A stretch of DNA of 64,000 nucleotides from Candidatus Dadabacteria bacterium (GTDB lineage: Bacteria > Desulfobacterota_D > UBA1144 > Nemesobacterales > CSP1-2), in contig CAWDVW010000005.1 in the NCBI GenBank assembly GCA_963805855.1, positions 352,001-416,000 on the forward strand, in the 5' to 3' direction. The notes under the pieces were generated by a model. The model was not told the origin of the DNA. It was given only the letters and a program-made list of their open reading frames with translations, and ran no database searches. Positions 1-9,962 of the stretch are shown piece by piece (position 1 is the stretch's first letter; every line of letters begins with the position of its first letter). The position numbers and the translations under genes were made by a program.

Positions 1-135
1 TGGGGTATGAGTTTAATGTTTCGTGAAAGGTTCGACTTCGGCAGGATGAAGTGGGTAAATAAGATTGCCGGAATTGTAATTTTGATCTTTGGTGTCTCAA
101 CCCTATTAAGCTTGATATCGTTTCCAACTTATTAA
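1..135 (+). CDS. Partial CDS (3' end), probable LysE/RhtB-family translocator
   Basis: Frame 1 reads WGMSLMFRERFDFGRMKWVNKIAGIVILIFGVSTLLSLISFPTY*; the WVNxxAGxxxxxFG helix is typical of LysE C-termini. Confidence 0.55.
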   Translation, partial: WGMSLMFRERFDFGRMKWVNKIAGIVILIFGVSTLLSLISFPTY

Positions 136-222
136 TAACGTCAATGACATCCACCCCTAGAAATCAGTAATGGCTTGCCGATCAATGTTGAATTGAATTG
201 GTATCATACTTAAATTAAGTAC

Positions 223-648
223 ATGATCAAAATCACAGAGAAGATTTCCGTTAATGAAAACGAAATAAAAGAGGAATTTATACGTTCTTCTGGTCCGGGG
301 GGGCAAAATGTGAACAGGGTTGCCACTGCGGTGCAGCTAAGGTTCGATGTGGCTAATTCGCCGAGCTTACCATCCGATGTTCGTAATCGGCTGTTGCGTA
401 TCGCTGGCAAAAGGGCGACCGAAGAGGGAATCTTAATAATCGAAGCCCGTCGGTACCGGTCACAGGAAAAAAACAGAAAAGATGCTTTGGATCGTCTCAT
501 CACATTGATAGTTAAAGCCGCTCAAAAGCCGAAAATGAGACGCAAAACAAAACCCACGTATGAATCAATAAGAAGACGGCTTGAATCTAAGCGTCGCAGG
601 AGCCGAATCAAAAAGATGAGACGGCTCGCCGCGGAATCCGAAATATAA
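223..648 (+). CDS. arfB: Alternative ribosome rescue peptidyl-tRNA hydrolase ArfB
   Basis: RSSGPGGQNVN GGQ motif, RSQEKN, basic C-terminal tail RRKTKPT...K..R. Confidence 0.95.
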   Translation: MIKITEKISVNENEIKEEFIRSSGPGGQNVNRVATAVQLRFDVANSPSLPSDVRNRLLRIAGKRATEEGILIIEARRYRSQEKNRKDALDRLITLIVKAAQKPKMRRKTKPTYESIRRRLESKRRRSRIKKMRRLAAESEI

Positions 649-704
649 AATCACAAATCGACATGCACTAAGATATTAATTTAAAAACATTAATAAAGAA
701 CAAT

Positions 705-1550
705 ATGAGTATCAAAAAGTTGAGTTCACTAATTACCCTTTGCTTTGCACTTGGGCTTTATGTCGGTGAAGCGACGGCTCAACAGCAGCAGCTCCCCAAA
801 CTCTCAAAGGAAGAGTTACACGAAATAGGTAATCTTATTTATATTAACGAATGTGGAGGAAAAGCCGAAAACCTTATCGCCTGGAATGAAGGCGAAGAAT
901 TCCCGTCTCTAGGTATAGGTCACTTCATATGGTATCCCAGCGGTAAAGAAGGACCGTTCCAGGAGACTTTTCCAACGCTATTAGAGTTTTATAAATTCAA
1001 CAATATAGAACCTCCTTCCTGGATCGCTAATTTGCCAAATAAGGATTCACCTTGGAATAGCCGCCAAGAGTTCATAAATGACTTAAACAGCAAAAGGATG
1101 ATTGAACTAAGACAATTCCTGATAGATACTATTCCTGTTCAGACCTCTTTCTTAGTAAATCGATTTCAAATCTCGCTAGATAATCTGCTGGAGTACTCTC
1201 CCAAAGAATTACATGATCATATCAAGACCCAATTCTACCGCGTAGCAAACTCGCCTATGGGAATGTATGCCCTCATCGATTATGTAAATTTCAAAGGCGA
1301 AGGAACAAATCCATCAGAACGCTATATGGGAGAGGGTTGGGGTCTCCTCCAAATACTGGAAGAGATGAATGGAACTGAGACTGGAATCCCTGCAGTAAAA
1401 GAATTTGTTGAAGCCGCCGACAAGGTTCTGGAGAGGCGTGTAGAGAATTCGCCACCGGAACGTAACGAAAAGAAATGGCTCCCAGGCTGGAAAAACAGGC
1501 TGAGCACATACATGCCCAAAATTACTAACGACTCAAATAACATCTATTAA
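705..1550 (+). CDS. Conserved exported hypothetical protein, possibly lysozyme-like fold
   Basis: Signal peptide; NECGG..WNEGEEFPSLGIGHFIWYP and DYVNFKGEG motifs. Confidence 0.7.
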   Translation: MSIKKLSSLITLCFALGLYVGEATAQQQQLPKLSKEELHEIGNLIYINECGGKAENLIAWNEGEEFPSLGIGHFIWYPSGKEGPFQETFPTLLEFYKFNNIEPPSWIANLPNKDSPWNSRQEFINDLNSKRMIELRQFLIDTIPVQTSFLVNRFQISLDNLLEYSPKELHDHIKTQFYRVANSPMGMYALIDYVNFKGEGTNPSERYMGEGWGLLQILEEMNGTETGIPAVKEFVEAADKVLERRVENSPPERNEKKWLPGWKNRLSTYMPKITNDSNNIY

Positions 1551-1556
1551 AAAATT

Positions 1557-2174
1557 ATGGGCCTATACAAAAAATACGTATTCCCCTGGTTATGTAATCT
1601 TGCGATGTCAAGAGAATTCTTGGAGAAATATCGTAAGAATCTGCTCTCAGATGTTGATGGAAATATTCTCGAAATTGGCTTTGGCACGGGTATAAATCTT
1701 CCTTTCTATCCAGATCATGTCAGGAAAATAACAGTGGTAGAACCCAACCAAGGAATGAATCCAAAGGCCATGAAGCGAGTTGAATCATCCGGGGTCCAGG
1801 TGGATTTCCAAAAGATAAATGCGGACTCCCTACCCTTTGCTGACAGTGCTTTTGACAGCATCGTTAGCACATTTACACTGTGCAGCATCGAAAACGTCAG
1901 CAAGGCCCTCTCGGAAATCGAAAGGGTTTTAAAACGAGGCGGCCGTTTCTTCTTTCTCGAACATGGTCTGAGCCCCGATCAACATGTGGTAAAATGGCAA
2001 AATCGATTAAACCCAGTCAATCATATATTCGCCGATGGTTGCAATTTGAACCGAGACATTAAAAATATAATCGCCTCAACTAATTTAAATATCTCTGAGT
2101 TGGAAAACTTTTATCTGGAAAAAACCCCCAGTTTTGGCGGTTACATGTACAAAGGAGTCGCAGATAAGCAATGA
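1557..2174 (+). CDS. Class I SAM-dependent methyltransferase
   Basis: ILEIGFGTG motif I, LPFADSAFD, LCS, LKRGGRFFFLEH. Confidence 0.9.
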   Translation: MGLYKKYVFPWLCNLAMSREFLEKYRKNLLSDVDGNILEIGFGTGINLPFYPDHVRKITVVEPNQGMNPKAMKRVESSGVQVDFQKINADSLPFADSAFDSIVSTFTLCSIENVSKALSEIERVLKRGGRFFFLEHGLSPDQHVVKWQNRLNPVNHIFADGCNLNRDIKNIIASTNLNISELENFYLEKTPSFGGYMYKGVADKQ

Positions 2175-2265
2175 ATAACCCTGCCGCAACCCAGAGGGTA
2201 TCAGCACACAGAGAAATAGTCTCTCCGGTTGCTGCCAGCAGACCTGAGAAAAATCGAGGGGGAAG

Positions 2266-2326
2266 GCGAAGCAACCCGAAACATGAATAAAAAGATGAGA
2301 TTGCTTCGGGGAAAAACTCCTCGCAC
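2266..2326. repeat. Degenerate palindromic intergenic element
   Basis: gcgaagcaaccc...gagattgcttcg...ctcgca inverted arms; same family as copies near 33.05 kb and 49.70 kb. Confidence 0.5.
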
Positions 2327-2492
2327 AAACGGAATGGGAGCAGGCTATATGGAATTCGCCAGTGAAAATTTAAGATATACAAAAAAAATTAGTTATAATT
2401 TATGAATTAATCTGCAATTTCAAAATGAACTACATTTCCATATAATTGCATCCTATTTCAGAAAGTAATTCTCTAGCATAGAGAATCTGACA

Positions 2493-5400
2493 ATGAAAAA
2501 ATCAGCATTATTGACGGGAATTATCCTACTTTTCATTTCATCGACAACATTTTCTCAAACCATGGAGAACCATCAACCGGATGCACTCATGCTACGTTTC
2601 CCTGACGTGAGTGCCGATAACATTGTATTCGTGTATGCCGGCGACCTGTGGACTGTGCCTCTTGAAGGAGGTATTGCGAGGAAACTAACCTCTGCCAAGG
2701 GACACGAACTGTTTCCAAAGTTCTCACCGGACGGCAAATCAATAGCATTCAGCGGGAACTATGACGGGAATATCGATATTTATGTCATCCCTACCGGCGG
2801 CGGAATTCCAGAGAGATTAACCCATCACCCGGAAGATGATGTTGTCGTCGATTGGTATCCCGATGGAAAGAACATCCTCCTTCGTTCAAAGATGATGAGT
2901 CCGCTTAGTCGCTTCAACCGCTTCTTCAGGCAATCAATTGACGGCGGATTGCCAGAACCATTACCCCTTGCTTATGGAGAATTAGCCAGCTTTAGCCCAG
3001 ATGGAAATCATATGGCTTTTCAATTTATCTCTGCGGGCTCCCAGACATGGAAGCGATATCGTGGAGGGATGGCAAGCGATATATGGCTCTACAACTTCCA
3101 GAATAATACCTCGGAAAAAATAACAGAATTTCAAGGCACTGACGGTATGCCAATGTGGCATGATGACACAATCTACTTTCTTTCAGATCGAGGCCCCATG
3201 AAAAAGTTAAACATCTGGGCCTACGATATAAAAACAAAGGATTCCAGGCAGGTGACTAAATTTGATGAATACGACGTAAAATGGCCAAGCCTGGGTCCCG
3301 ACTCGATTGTCTTTGAAAACGGCGGAAAGCTATTCGTACTCAATCTCAAAGATGAAACCACAAATAAAGTCGAAGTCGAGATTCCCTCAGACTTACCGGA
3401 TATTCGTCCCACACTAAAAGATGTAGGGAAATCTATCACAACTTTCGACCTTTCTCCTAATGGTAAGAGAGCGGTTTTTGAGGCTAGAGGTGAAATATTA
3501 ACCGTTCCGGAAAAACAGGGTCGTATAAAAAACCTGACCAATTCTTCAGGCATAGCAGAAAGATACCCCACCTGGTCACCCGATGGGAAGTTCATAGTTT
3601 ATTTCTCGGACCGCGCCGGAGAATACGAGTTATATATCCGCCCAAGCGACGGAAGCGGAAAGGAAAAACAAATTGCAAACATCGGGAAAGGTTTTCCAAA
3701 ATCGCCGGTTTGGTCTCCGGACAGCAAGCTTATCGCTTTCAGTGATAACATCGGAAACTTGTATGTTCTTAACCTTGACGATAACGCACCTAAAGTAATC
3801 GATAAGGACGAATGGGAGCTTATTAACTCTTATTCTTGGTCTCCAGACAGCAGATGGCTCGCATATTCGAAAAAGATATCTAATGGTCAAGGCTCTATCG
3901 TGATTTACGATGTGAAACAGAATAAGACACATCAGGTCACAGGTGATTATTACGATGATATGTCGCCGGTGTTCGATCCCAGCGGCAAATACCTCTTCTT
4001 TTATTCAAATAGGAGCTTTAAACCTGTTTACAGTGACATTGATGATACATGGGTCTATCCCAACTCTACCGAAATCTATGCCGCTACTCTTAGAAAAGAT
4101 ATAGAATCACCGCTAGCCCCTCAAAGTGATGAAGAGGAGATGAGTGAAGATAAAAAAAGCGATGCAGATGAAAAGAATACGGAAAATAATGAAATAGATT
4201 TTGACGGGTTTGAAAGACGCATTTTCAAACTCCCGGTTGATGGCGGTAACTTCGGCCGGCTCGCTGCTGTTGAAGGCAAAGTTGTCTATGTTAGATACCC
4301 AGCTGCTGGTTCTTCAGATCCGGATAGTCCGGAGGGCAAAATTCAGTATTACGAAATCAACGAAGGAAAAGAAAAAACCATAATACAAAACGTGGATACT
4401 TTCATAGCTTCCGCGAATGGCAAAAAGCTGATATACAAGAGTAACTCCACCTACGGCATTATCGATCTCGCGGAGAACAAAAAGGCCGGTGATGATACCA
4501 TTCCTACCGATCAGATGAAGGTATGGATCGATCCCCTGGAGGAGTGGAAACAGATCTTTAACGAGTCCTGGCGAATCGAGCGTGACTTTTTCTACGATCC
4601 AAACATGCACGGCGTCGATTGGCAAACAATTAAAAACCGTTATGAAGCGCTTTTACCTTATGTCGTAGATAGAGAAGACCTCAATTATGTGATAGGAGAG
4701 ATGATCTCAGAACTCAACAGTTCACACACCTACGTTGGCGGTGGTGATATTGATCAACCGGAGCAAATCTCGGTTGGCCTTTTAGGATGCGACTTTGAAT
4801 TGGACAAAGAAAACAATGCGTATCGGATAAAAAAGATATACAACGGCGCGGCTTGGGATGCTGGTGTACGTTCGCCCCTCGTCGAGCCCGGAATAAATGT
4901 CAGTGAAGGAGAATACCTGCTCGCAGTTAACGGTAAGCCGCTGGATACGTCGATGGATCCCTGGTACGCCTTTCAAGGTCTTGCAAACCAAATTGTAACA
5001 ATCTCAGTATACTCCTCCCCGACACTGAAAGGCTCAAGAGAGATTCTAATCAAACCATTATCCAAGGAGGATGACCAGCAACTACGCTACCTCTCCTGGG
5101 TTGAGAACAACCGAAAAACGGTAGAAGACAAGACTAGAGGTCGTGTGGGGTATGTTTATGTCCCAGATACGGGAAGAAATGGCCAAAATGAACTTGTACG
5201 ACAATTTACACCGCAGAGATTTAAAGACGGTCTGATAATAGACGAAAGATTCAACAGCGGGGGTCAAATACCGGATCGATTTATCGAATTACTTAATCGC
5301 CCCATTTTAAACTTCTGGGCAAGGCGTGATCAGAGAGATTTGCAGACTCCTACCATATCCCACAATGGCCCCAAGGTGATGATAATAAACGGTTGGTCGG

Positions 5401-5753
5401 GCTCGGGCGGCGATGCCTTTCCCTACTACTTCCGGAAGGCTGGGTTAGGGAAGCTTGTTGGAACGAGAACCCTTGGAGGCCTTATCGGAATTGGCGGCAG
5501 CCCCAACCTGATAGATGGAGGATTTGTTACAGCACCGAGCTACGCTTTTTGGAATTCAGACGGCAAGTGGGAGATTGAGGGATTCGGTGTGAAGCCCGAC
5601 TATGAAGTTGAGAACTCTCCCCAAGAAGTGGCTCCTGGCAACGACCGGCAACTAAACAAAGCAATTGAGGTTGTTTTAGATATTTTAGAAAAGAATCATC
5701 TTCAAACACCCAAAAGACCTACATACCCGGATCGATCAGGTATGGTAAATTAA
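2493..5753 (+). CDS. Tricorn-like S41 protease (PD40 beta-propellers, PDZ, protease domain), exported
   Basis: Signal peptide, repeated WSPD/FSPD, SHTY, IIDERFNSGG, GSGGD catalytic Ser, GTRTLGG. Confidence 0.95.
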   Translation: MKKSALLTGIILLFISSTTFSQTMENHQPDALMLRFPDVSADNIVFVYAGDLWTVPLEGGIARKLTSAKGHELFPKFSPDGKSIAFSGNYDGNIDIYVIPTGGGIPERLTHHPEDDVVVDWYPDGKNILLRSKMMSPLSRFNRFFRQSIDGGLPEPLPLAYGELASFSPDGNHMAFQFISAGSQTWKRYRGGMASDIWLYNFQNNTSEKITEFQGTDGMPMWHDDTIYFLSDRGPMKKLNIWAYDIKTKDSRQVTKFDEYDVKWPSLGPDSIVFENGGKLFVLNLKDETTNKVEVEIPSDLPDIRPTLKDVGKSITTFDLSPNGKRAVFEARGEILTVPEKQGRIKNLTNSSGIAERYPTWSPDGKFIVYFSDRAGEYELYIRPSDGSGKEKQIANIGKGFPKSPVWSPDSKLIAFSDNIGNLYVLNLDDNAPKVIDKDEWELINSYSWSPDSRWLAYSKKISNGQGSIVIYDVKQNKTHQVTGDYYDDMSPVFDPSGKYLFFYSNRSFKPVYSDIDDTWVYPNSTEIYAATLRKDIESPLAPQSDEEEMSEDKKSDADEKNTENNEIDFDGFERRIFKLPVDGGNFGRLAAVEGKVVYVRYPAAGSSDPDSPEGKIQYYEINEGKEKTIIQNVDTFIASANGKKLIYKSNSTYGIIDLAENKKAGDDTIPTDQMKVWIDPLEEWKQIFNESWRIERDFFYDPNMHGVDWQTIKNRYEALLPYVVDREDLNYVIGEMISELNSSHTYVGGGDIDQPEQISVGLLGCDFELDKENNAYRIKKIYNGAAWDAGVRSPLVEPGINVSEGEYLLAVNGKPLDTSMDPWYAFQGLANQIVTISVYSSPTLKGSREILIKPLSKEDDQQLRYLSWVENNRKTVEDKTRGRVGYVYVPDTGRNGQNELVRQFTPQRFKDGLIIDERFNSGGQIPDRFIELLNRPILNFWARRDQRDLQTPTISHNGPKVMIINGWSGSGGDAFPYYFRKAGLGKLVGTRTLGGLIGIGGSPNLIDGGFVTAPSYAFWNSDGKWEIEGFGVKPDYEVENSPQEVAPGNDRQLNKAIEVVLDILEKNHLQTPKRPTYPDRSGMVN

Positions 5754-5948
5754 AACCAATTTCAGACATCAATCCCGAATTTAGCTATTTTCGCTATTTC
5801 CAGAAGAAAATACGGACAGATGTCCCTATTTTACTCAATCTTGATTATGCTTCGCATTTAAATATAATTTTAACCCGTTAAAATGATTTTATTTCAAACT
5901 GCATTACTGCAAATTTAGCTATGATTGCCGCTTTATTACCAAATTATC

Positions 5949-6773
5949 ATGAATGATCAAGAATCGGAATTAAATCGATCTCCGAGCACAAATTTTCCCG
6001 AAAAAAAAGACCAGAGTGCGATTGAAAATTACAAACCACTGAATCCTCCAACCAGCATCATTGGCAAAACAATCGCTGCTTTCATTGATTGGGTAGAAAA
6101 AGTACTTATAAAATTCTCCCTTAATGGAAATCCGCCAATCTACGAAAATTCAACCTTTCCCTGGTCTCTGGAAATCGAGAAAGAGTGGAAAACAATCAGA
6201 AAAGAGCTCGATGCCGTTATGGAGCGGAGGGAAGAGTTACCAAGCTTTCACGAGATCATGAGCGAGGTGAAAACGATCACAGAGGATGATCATTGGAAGA
6301 CTTTTTTCCTCGCGGGCTTTGGTCTCGAGAGTAAAGAGAACTGTAGAAGATGTCCGGAGACAGCACGAATACTGAAAAAAATCCCAGGGATGAAAACCGC
6401 TTTTTTCTCAATACTTTCCCCAAATAAACATATTCCCCCGCACCGGGGAGCATACAATGGTGTTCTCCGCTATCATTTGGGTCTCATCGTACCTGAGCCC
6501 ATCGAAAAGTGTCGAATCCGTATTGGCAAAGAAATTACGCACTGGGAAGAAGGTAAAAGCCTTATATTTGATGACTCTTTCAATCATGAGGTATGGAATG
6601 AAACAGCCGGACATAGGGCGGTCTTATTCGTGGACTTTGAGAGACCTGTAAAATTTCCCTTCAACCTTCTAAACAAGCTCCTCCTGAATGCCGCCATCTT
6701 CAGTCCGTTCATTAGAGAAGCCCAGGAAAACCAGAAGAAGTGGGAAAAGAGATTCTATGGTCAGAGATCCTGA
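5949..6773 (+). CDS. Aspartyl/asparaginyl beta-hydroxylase domain protein (LpxO-like)
   Basis: FFSILSP..HIPPHRG..RYHLGL, FDDSFNHEVWN; first ATG at 5949. Confidence 0.9.
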   Translation: MNDQESELNRSPSTNFPEKKDQSAIENYKPLNPPTSIIGKTIAAFIDWVEKVLIKFSLNGNPPIYENSTFPWSLEIEKEWKTIRKELDAVMERREELPSFHEIMSEVKTITEDDHWKTFFLAGFGLESKENCRRCPETARILKKIPGMKTAFFSILSPNKHIPPHRGAYNGVLRYHLGLIVPEPIEKCRIRIGKEITHWEEGKSLIFDDSFNHEVWNETAGHRAVLFVDFERPVKFPFNLLNKLLLNAAIFSPFIREAQENQKKWEKRFYGQRS

Positions 6774-6853
6774 ATATTAAAAGGTCACAACATCAAGATT
6801 TCAACAACGGATAATTTAGGTTAACCAACCTCGACAATCTCCAAGAGTTGTTA

Positions 6854-7882
6854 ATGAAGATCGATAATAAACTTAAACAATTTATCCTCGGTATACCCAA
6901 GGCCGAGCTTCATGTACACATTGAAGGTACCCTCGAACCTGAATTAGCGTTTGCGATTGCCGAACGAAACAATTTATCGCTTCCATTTAAATCTCCTGAA
7001 CAATTGAGGAAGGCGTATAATTTTAATAATCTACAATCATTTCTCAATCTATATTATGCAGTCTCCAGGGTCCTTCAACATGAGAAAGACTTTTACGATC
7101 TAGCAATGGCTTATTTCAGGAAGGCTCATTTGGAAACCGTTCGACATACCGAAATCTTTCTTGACCCTCAGACACATACACAAAGAGGAGTACCCTTTAA
7201 AACATTCATTAAAGGTATAGGCAAGGCTTCGATCGACGCCGAAATGGAGTTCGGTATTTCTACAAAGCTTATCATGTGCTTCCTGCGCGACCTCAGCGCA
7301 CAATCCGCCATGGAGACACTGACACAGGCACTTATTTTCAAGGATTGGATAACAGGGGTGGGACTCGACTCTTCCGAGTTAGGTAATCCGCCAGAAAGAT
7401 TCAAAAATGTCTTTGATAGGGCGCGCCAGGAGGGATTTTTAACAGTCGCTCACGCCGGTGAAGAAGGGCCGCCCGAATACATATGGCAAGCTTTGGAAGC
7501 ACTCAAAGTGTCTAGGATCGATCATGGTGTTCGTTGCATCGAAGACCCTGAACTGGTAGAAAAATTAAAATCAGACCGCATACCTTTGACTGTCTGCCCG
7601 ATTTCGAATGTGAAGCTTGGCCTGTTTAACACAATAAGAGAACACAATTTGAAGAAGTTGCTGGACTTGGCACTGTGTGTGACAGTAAACTCAGATGACC
7701 CCGCTTATTTGGGTGGCTATATATTTGAGAACTATATGGCAGTTACAGAAGCGCTAGGTCTCGATAAGAATGATCTATACCAGATAGCGAAAAACTCCTT
7801 TGAAGCTTCATTTTTGACTCAAGAAAAAAAACAGAATTATATAGCTGAGCTTGATAATTACATGTCGGAATATAAAGATTAG
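6854..7882 (+). CDS. add: Adenosine/adenine deaminase
   Basis: PKAELHVHIEG, HAGE, RIDHG, CPISN, NSDDP. Confidence 0.92.
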   Translation: MKIDNKLKQFILGIPKAELHVHIEGTLEPELAFAIAERNNLSLPFKSPEQLRKAYNFNNLQSFLNLYYAVSRVLQHEKDFYDLAMAYFRKAHLETVRHTEIFLDPQTHTQRGVPFKTFIKGIGKASIDAEMEFGISTKLIMCFLRDLSAQSAMETLTQALIFKDWITGVGLDSSELGNPPERFKNVFDRARQEGFLTVAHAGEEGPPEYIWQALEALKVSRIDHGVRCIEDPELVEKLKSDRIPLTVCPISNVKLGLFNTIREHNLKKLLDLALCVTVNSDDPAYLGGYIFENYMAVTEALGLDKNDLYQIAKNSFEASFLTQEKKQNYIAELDNYMSEYKD

Positions 7883-7980
7883 CTGAACAATCGTTTACAA
7901 TTCTCGTACTGTAATAATTATAAATAATCTCCCCTCCCGCCTGAGCTGGGGATTGGAGATGAGGGGTAAGTGTTTGGATT

Positions 7981-8053
7981 GTAGGTACTGATTCACATAT
8001 CAGTCCGAATGATTACGCTCCTGATCGGGGCCGTTCGGGGAACGGGCGTTACA
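7981..8053. repeat. REP-like doublet (GTAG-type)
   Basis: gtag-gtactgat..atcagtcc hairpin followed by gggccgttc..gaacgggcgttac; related to ggactgat..atcagtccctac at about 20165-20190. Confidence 0.45.
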
Positions 8054-8077
8054 TTCTTAGCGATGATTTCTTAAGTG

Positions 8078-8506
8078 CTACTGCAGACTTTTGTCCTTAA
8101 TTTCAAGATCAGCTATTGGAATGGGCGAGGCATGGTGTAAGACCATTAACCATTCAGAATCACGCCTCTCGAAGATATTAGTCGATTGAGATATATTTAC
8201 TGAAGCAGGGATTCTATTCTTATATATAAGCTTCTGAATGCAGGTAAGCCAGGCAACATTCCCTCTCACCTCAACCGTTACATTTGCGAGTTCCACGTCC
8301 AACTGGTCCCTCGGATCAAACACATTTTCCCAGCTCTGCCTAAGTGCGTCCCACCCCTTCAGCATTATCCAACCCGGATGAACACAACCCACCCTGGATT
8401 CACGAACCCAGACACTGTCCATCAACTGAAGATCCCTGGTCCCCAACGCTCTATAAAACCTTTCATTAACCTTCAACACTTCTTCTCTATCGGAATTAGC
8501 CGACAT
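8078..8506 (-). CDS. NTF2/SnoaL-like domain protein
   Basis: NERFY.A...D....VW, CVHPGW...G, TNIFER....W.MV.HHAS. Confidence 0.88.
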   Translation of the reverse strand: MSANSDREEVLKVNERFYRALGTRDLQLMDSVWVRESRVGCVHPGWIMLKGWDALRQSWENVFDPRDQLDVELANVTVEVRGNVAWLTCIQKLIYKNRIPASVNISQSTNIFERRDSEWLMVLHHASPIPIADLEIKDKSLQ

Positions 8507-8704
8507 ATTTACTCCTTTTTTTGATCATCAACTGAGTCAAGTCCCACCCATTGAAGCAGATCTTCAAGTCATATCAATATAAGGACTTGAAATGCCAAAA
8601 AAACTTATGTCCTCATGTACATTCAATTCTGTCGGTTCACAATATAATAAGTATTATTAAATACAGAAGAACGTTATATATTAACATACATTTAAACATA
8701 GGAG

Positions 8705-9379
8705 ATGGTGATGGGAACACAATTCACTGAAGTGATGTGGAGAGAAATTGTACCGATCTACCGGTCAATTCTTACACACCCTTTTATCAAAGGGCTTACT
8801 GACGGCTCGCTAAATCGGAAAAGCTTTAAGTTCTATATTCTCCAGGACGCCCTCTATTTGCGTGAGTTCGCAAAATCGTTGAGTATTGCAGCAGCCAAGT
8901 CTCCGGTAGAAGATTGGATAATAATGTTCAACGAACACTCCGCGGGAGCACTGAAGGTTGAACGTTCTCTTCATGAAAGTTTTTTTCGAGATTTTGGGAT
9001 CAGCCCGAAAGCGGTCAGCAGAACTCCCCTAGCCCCGACAAACCTTGCATACACCAGCTATCTTCTTTCAGTAGCATACTCCTCTCCGTTTCATGAAGTT
9101 GTAGGCGCACTCCTTCCCTGCTACTGGATTTATTGGGAGGTGGGTAAAGCCCTAATTTCAAAGGGTTCCCCTAACTCGCTTTACCAGAGGTGGATAGACA
9201 CCTATGGTGGAGAAGAATTTGCAGATGTCGTAAAAGCCGTCTTAAGTCTAACAAACAGAATCTCAAAGAAATTAAATGAAGATGAAAAAAATGGCATGAA
9301 AACTCATTTTGTAACGACAAGCAGATACGAGTGGATGTTCTGGGATATGGGATATAGAAAAGAGGAGTGGCCGGTGTGA
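8705..9379 (+). CDS. tenA: Thiaminase II / TenA
   Basis: HPF....DGSL, FYILQDALYL, LPCYWIY catalytic Cys, YQRWIDTY, EWMFW; GGAG RBS. Confidence 0.93.
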   Translation: MVMGTQFTEVMWREIVPIYRSILTHPFIKGLTDGSLNRKSFKFYILQDALYLREFAKSLSIAAAKSPVEDWIIMFNEHSAGALKVERSLHESFFRDFGISPKAVSRTPLAPTNLAYTSYLLSVAYSSPFHEVVGALLPCYWIYWEVGKALISKGSPNSLYQRWIDTYGGEEFADVVKAVLSLTNRISKKLNEDEKNGMKTHFVTTSRYEWMFWDMGYRKEEWPV

Positions 9380-9427
9380 AAACTCCGGCATCGAAAGAAC
9401 TTATATCGGATGAATTTATGAAACTTG

Positions 9428-9958
9428 CTACTCAATATTGTAAATACTTGGAAGGTTCCTCCCCTCTTCGCCCATGTCCAATCCATAGCCCACGACGAAT
9501 CCTTCTTCAAGCTCGAATCCCACATAATCCAGCGTGACATTCACCTCTCTTCTTTGTTTTAAATCTATTAAAGCACAAATCCTGTATGAAGCAGGGTTTC
9601 TCTCAAGTATCCGATCACTGATGAATTTAAGTGTAATACCTGTATCTACTATGTCCTCGACCAGGATTACATGCCTACCCCTAATAGGCATAGATAGATC
9701 CATAATAAGATCAATTTCCCCGGGCTTCATTCCACTCTTATAAGTCGAAATACGAATAAAATCTATCTGTACGGAGAGATCGATGTGCCTCATCAGGTCT
9801 GAGAGAAAAACAAACGCTCCCTTTAGAATCCCAACGAGTATCGGAGCCTTCCCCTTATAGTCATCGGTAATTTGTCTTCCGAGCTCAGCGACCCTTTTAT
9901 TGATCGCCTTTTCGGACATAACACGCTTGAGCGTCCTTCCTTGGATTTCTGTGATCAT
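9428..9958 (-). CDS. hpt: Hypoxanthine phosphoribosyltransferase
   Basis: LKGAFVF, VILVEDIVDTGIT PRPP motif, FVVGYGLD, RNLP. Confidence 0.95.
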   Translation of the reverse strand: MITEIQGRTLKRVMSEKAINKRVAELGRQITDDYKGKAPILVGILKGAFVFLSDLMRHIDLSVQIDFIRISTYKSGMKPGEIDLIMDLSMPIRGRHVILVEDIVDTGITLKFISDRILERNPASYRICALIDLKQRREVNVTLDYVGFELEEGFVVGYGLDMGEEGRNLPSIYNIE

Positions 9959-9962
9959 TCTA

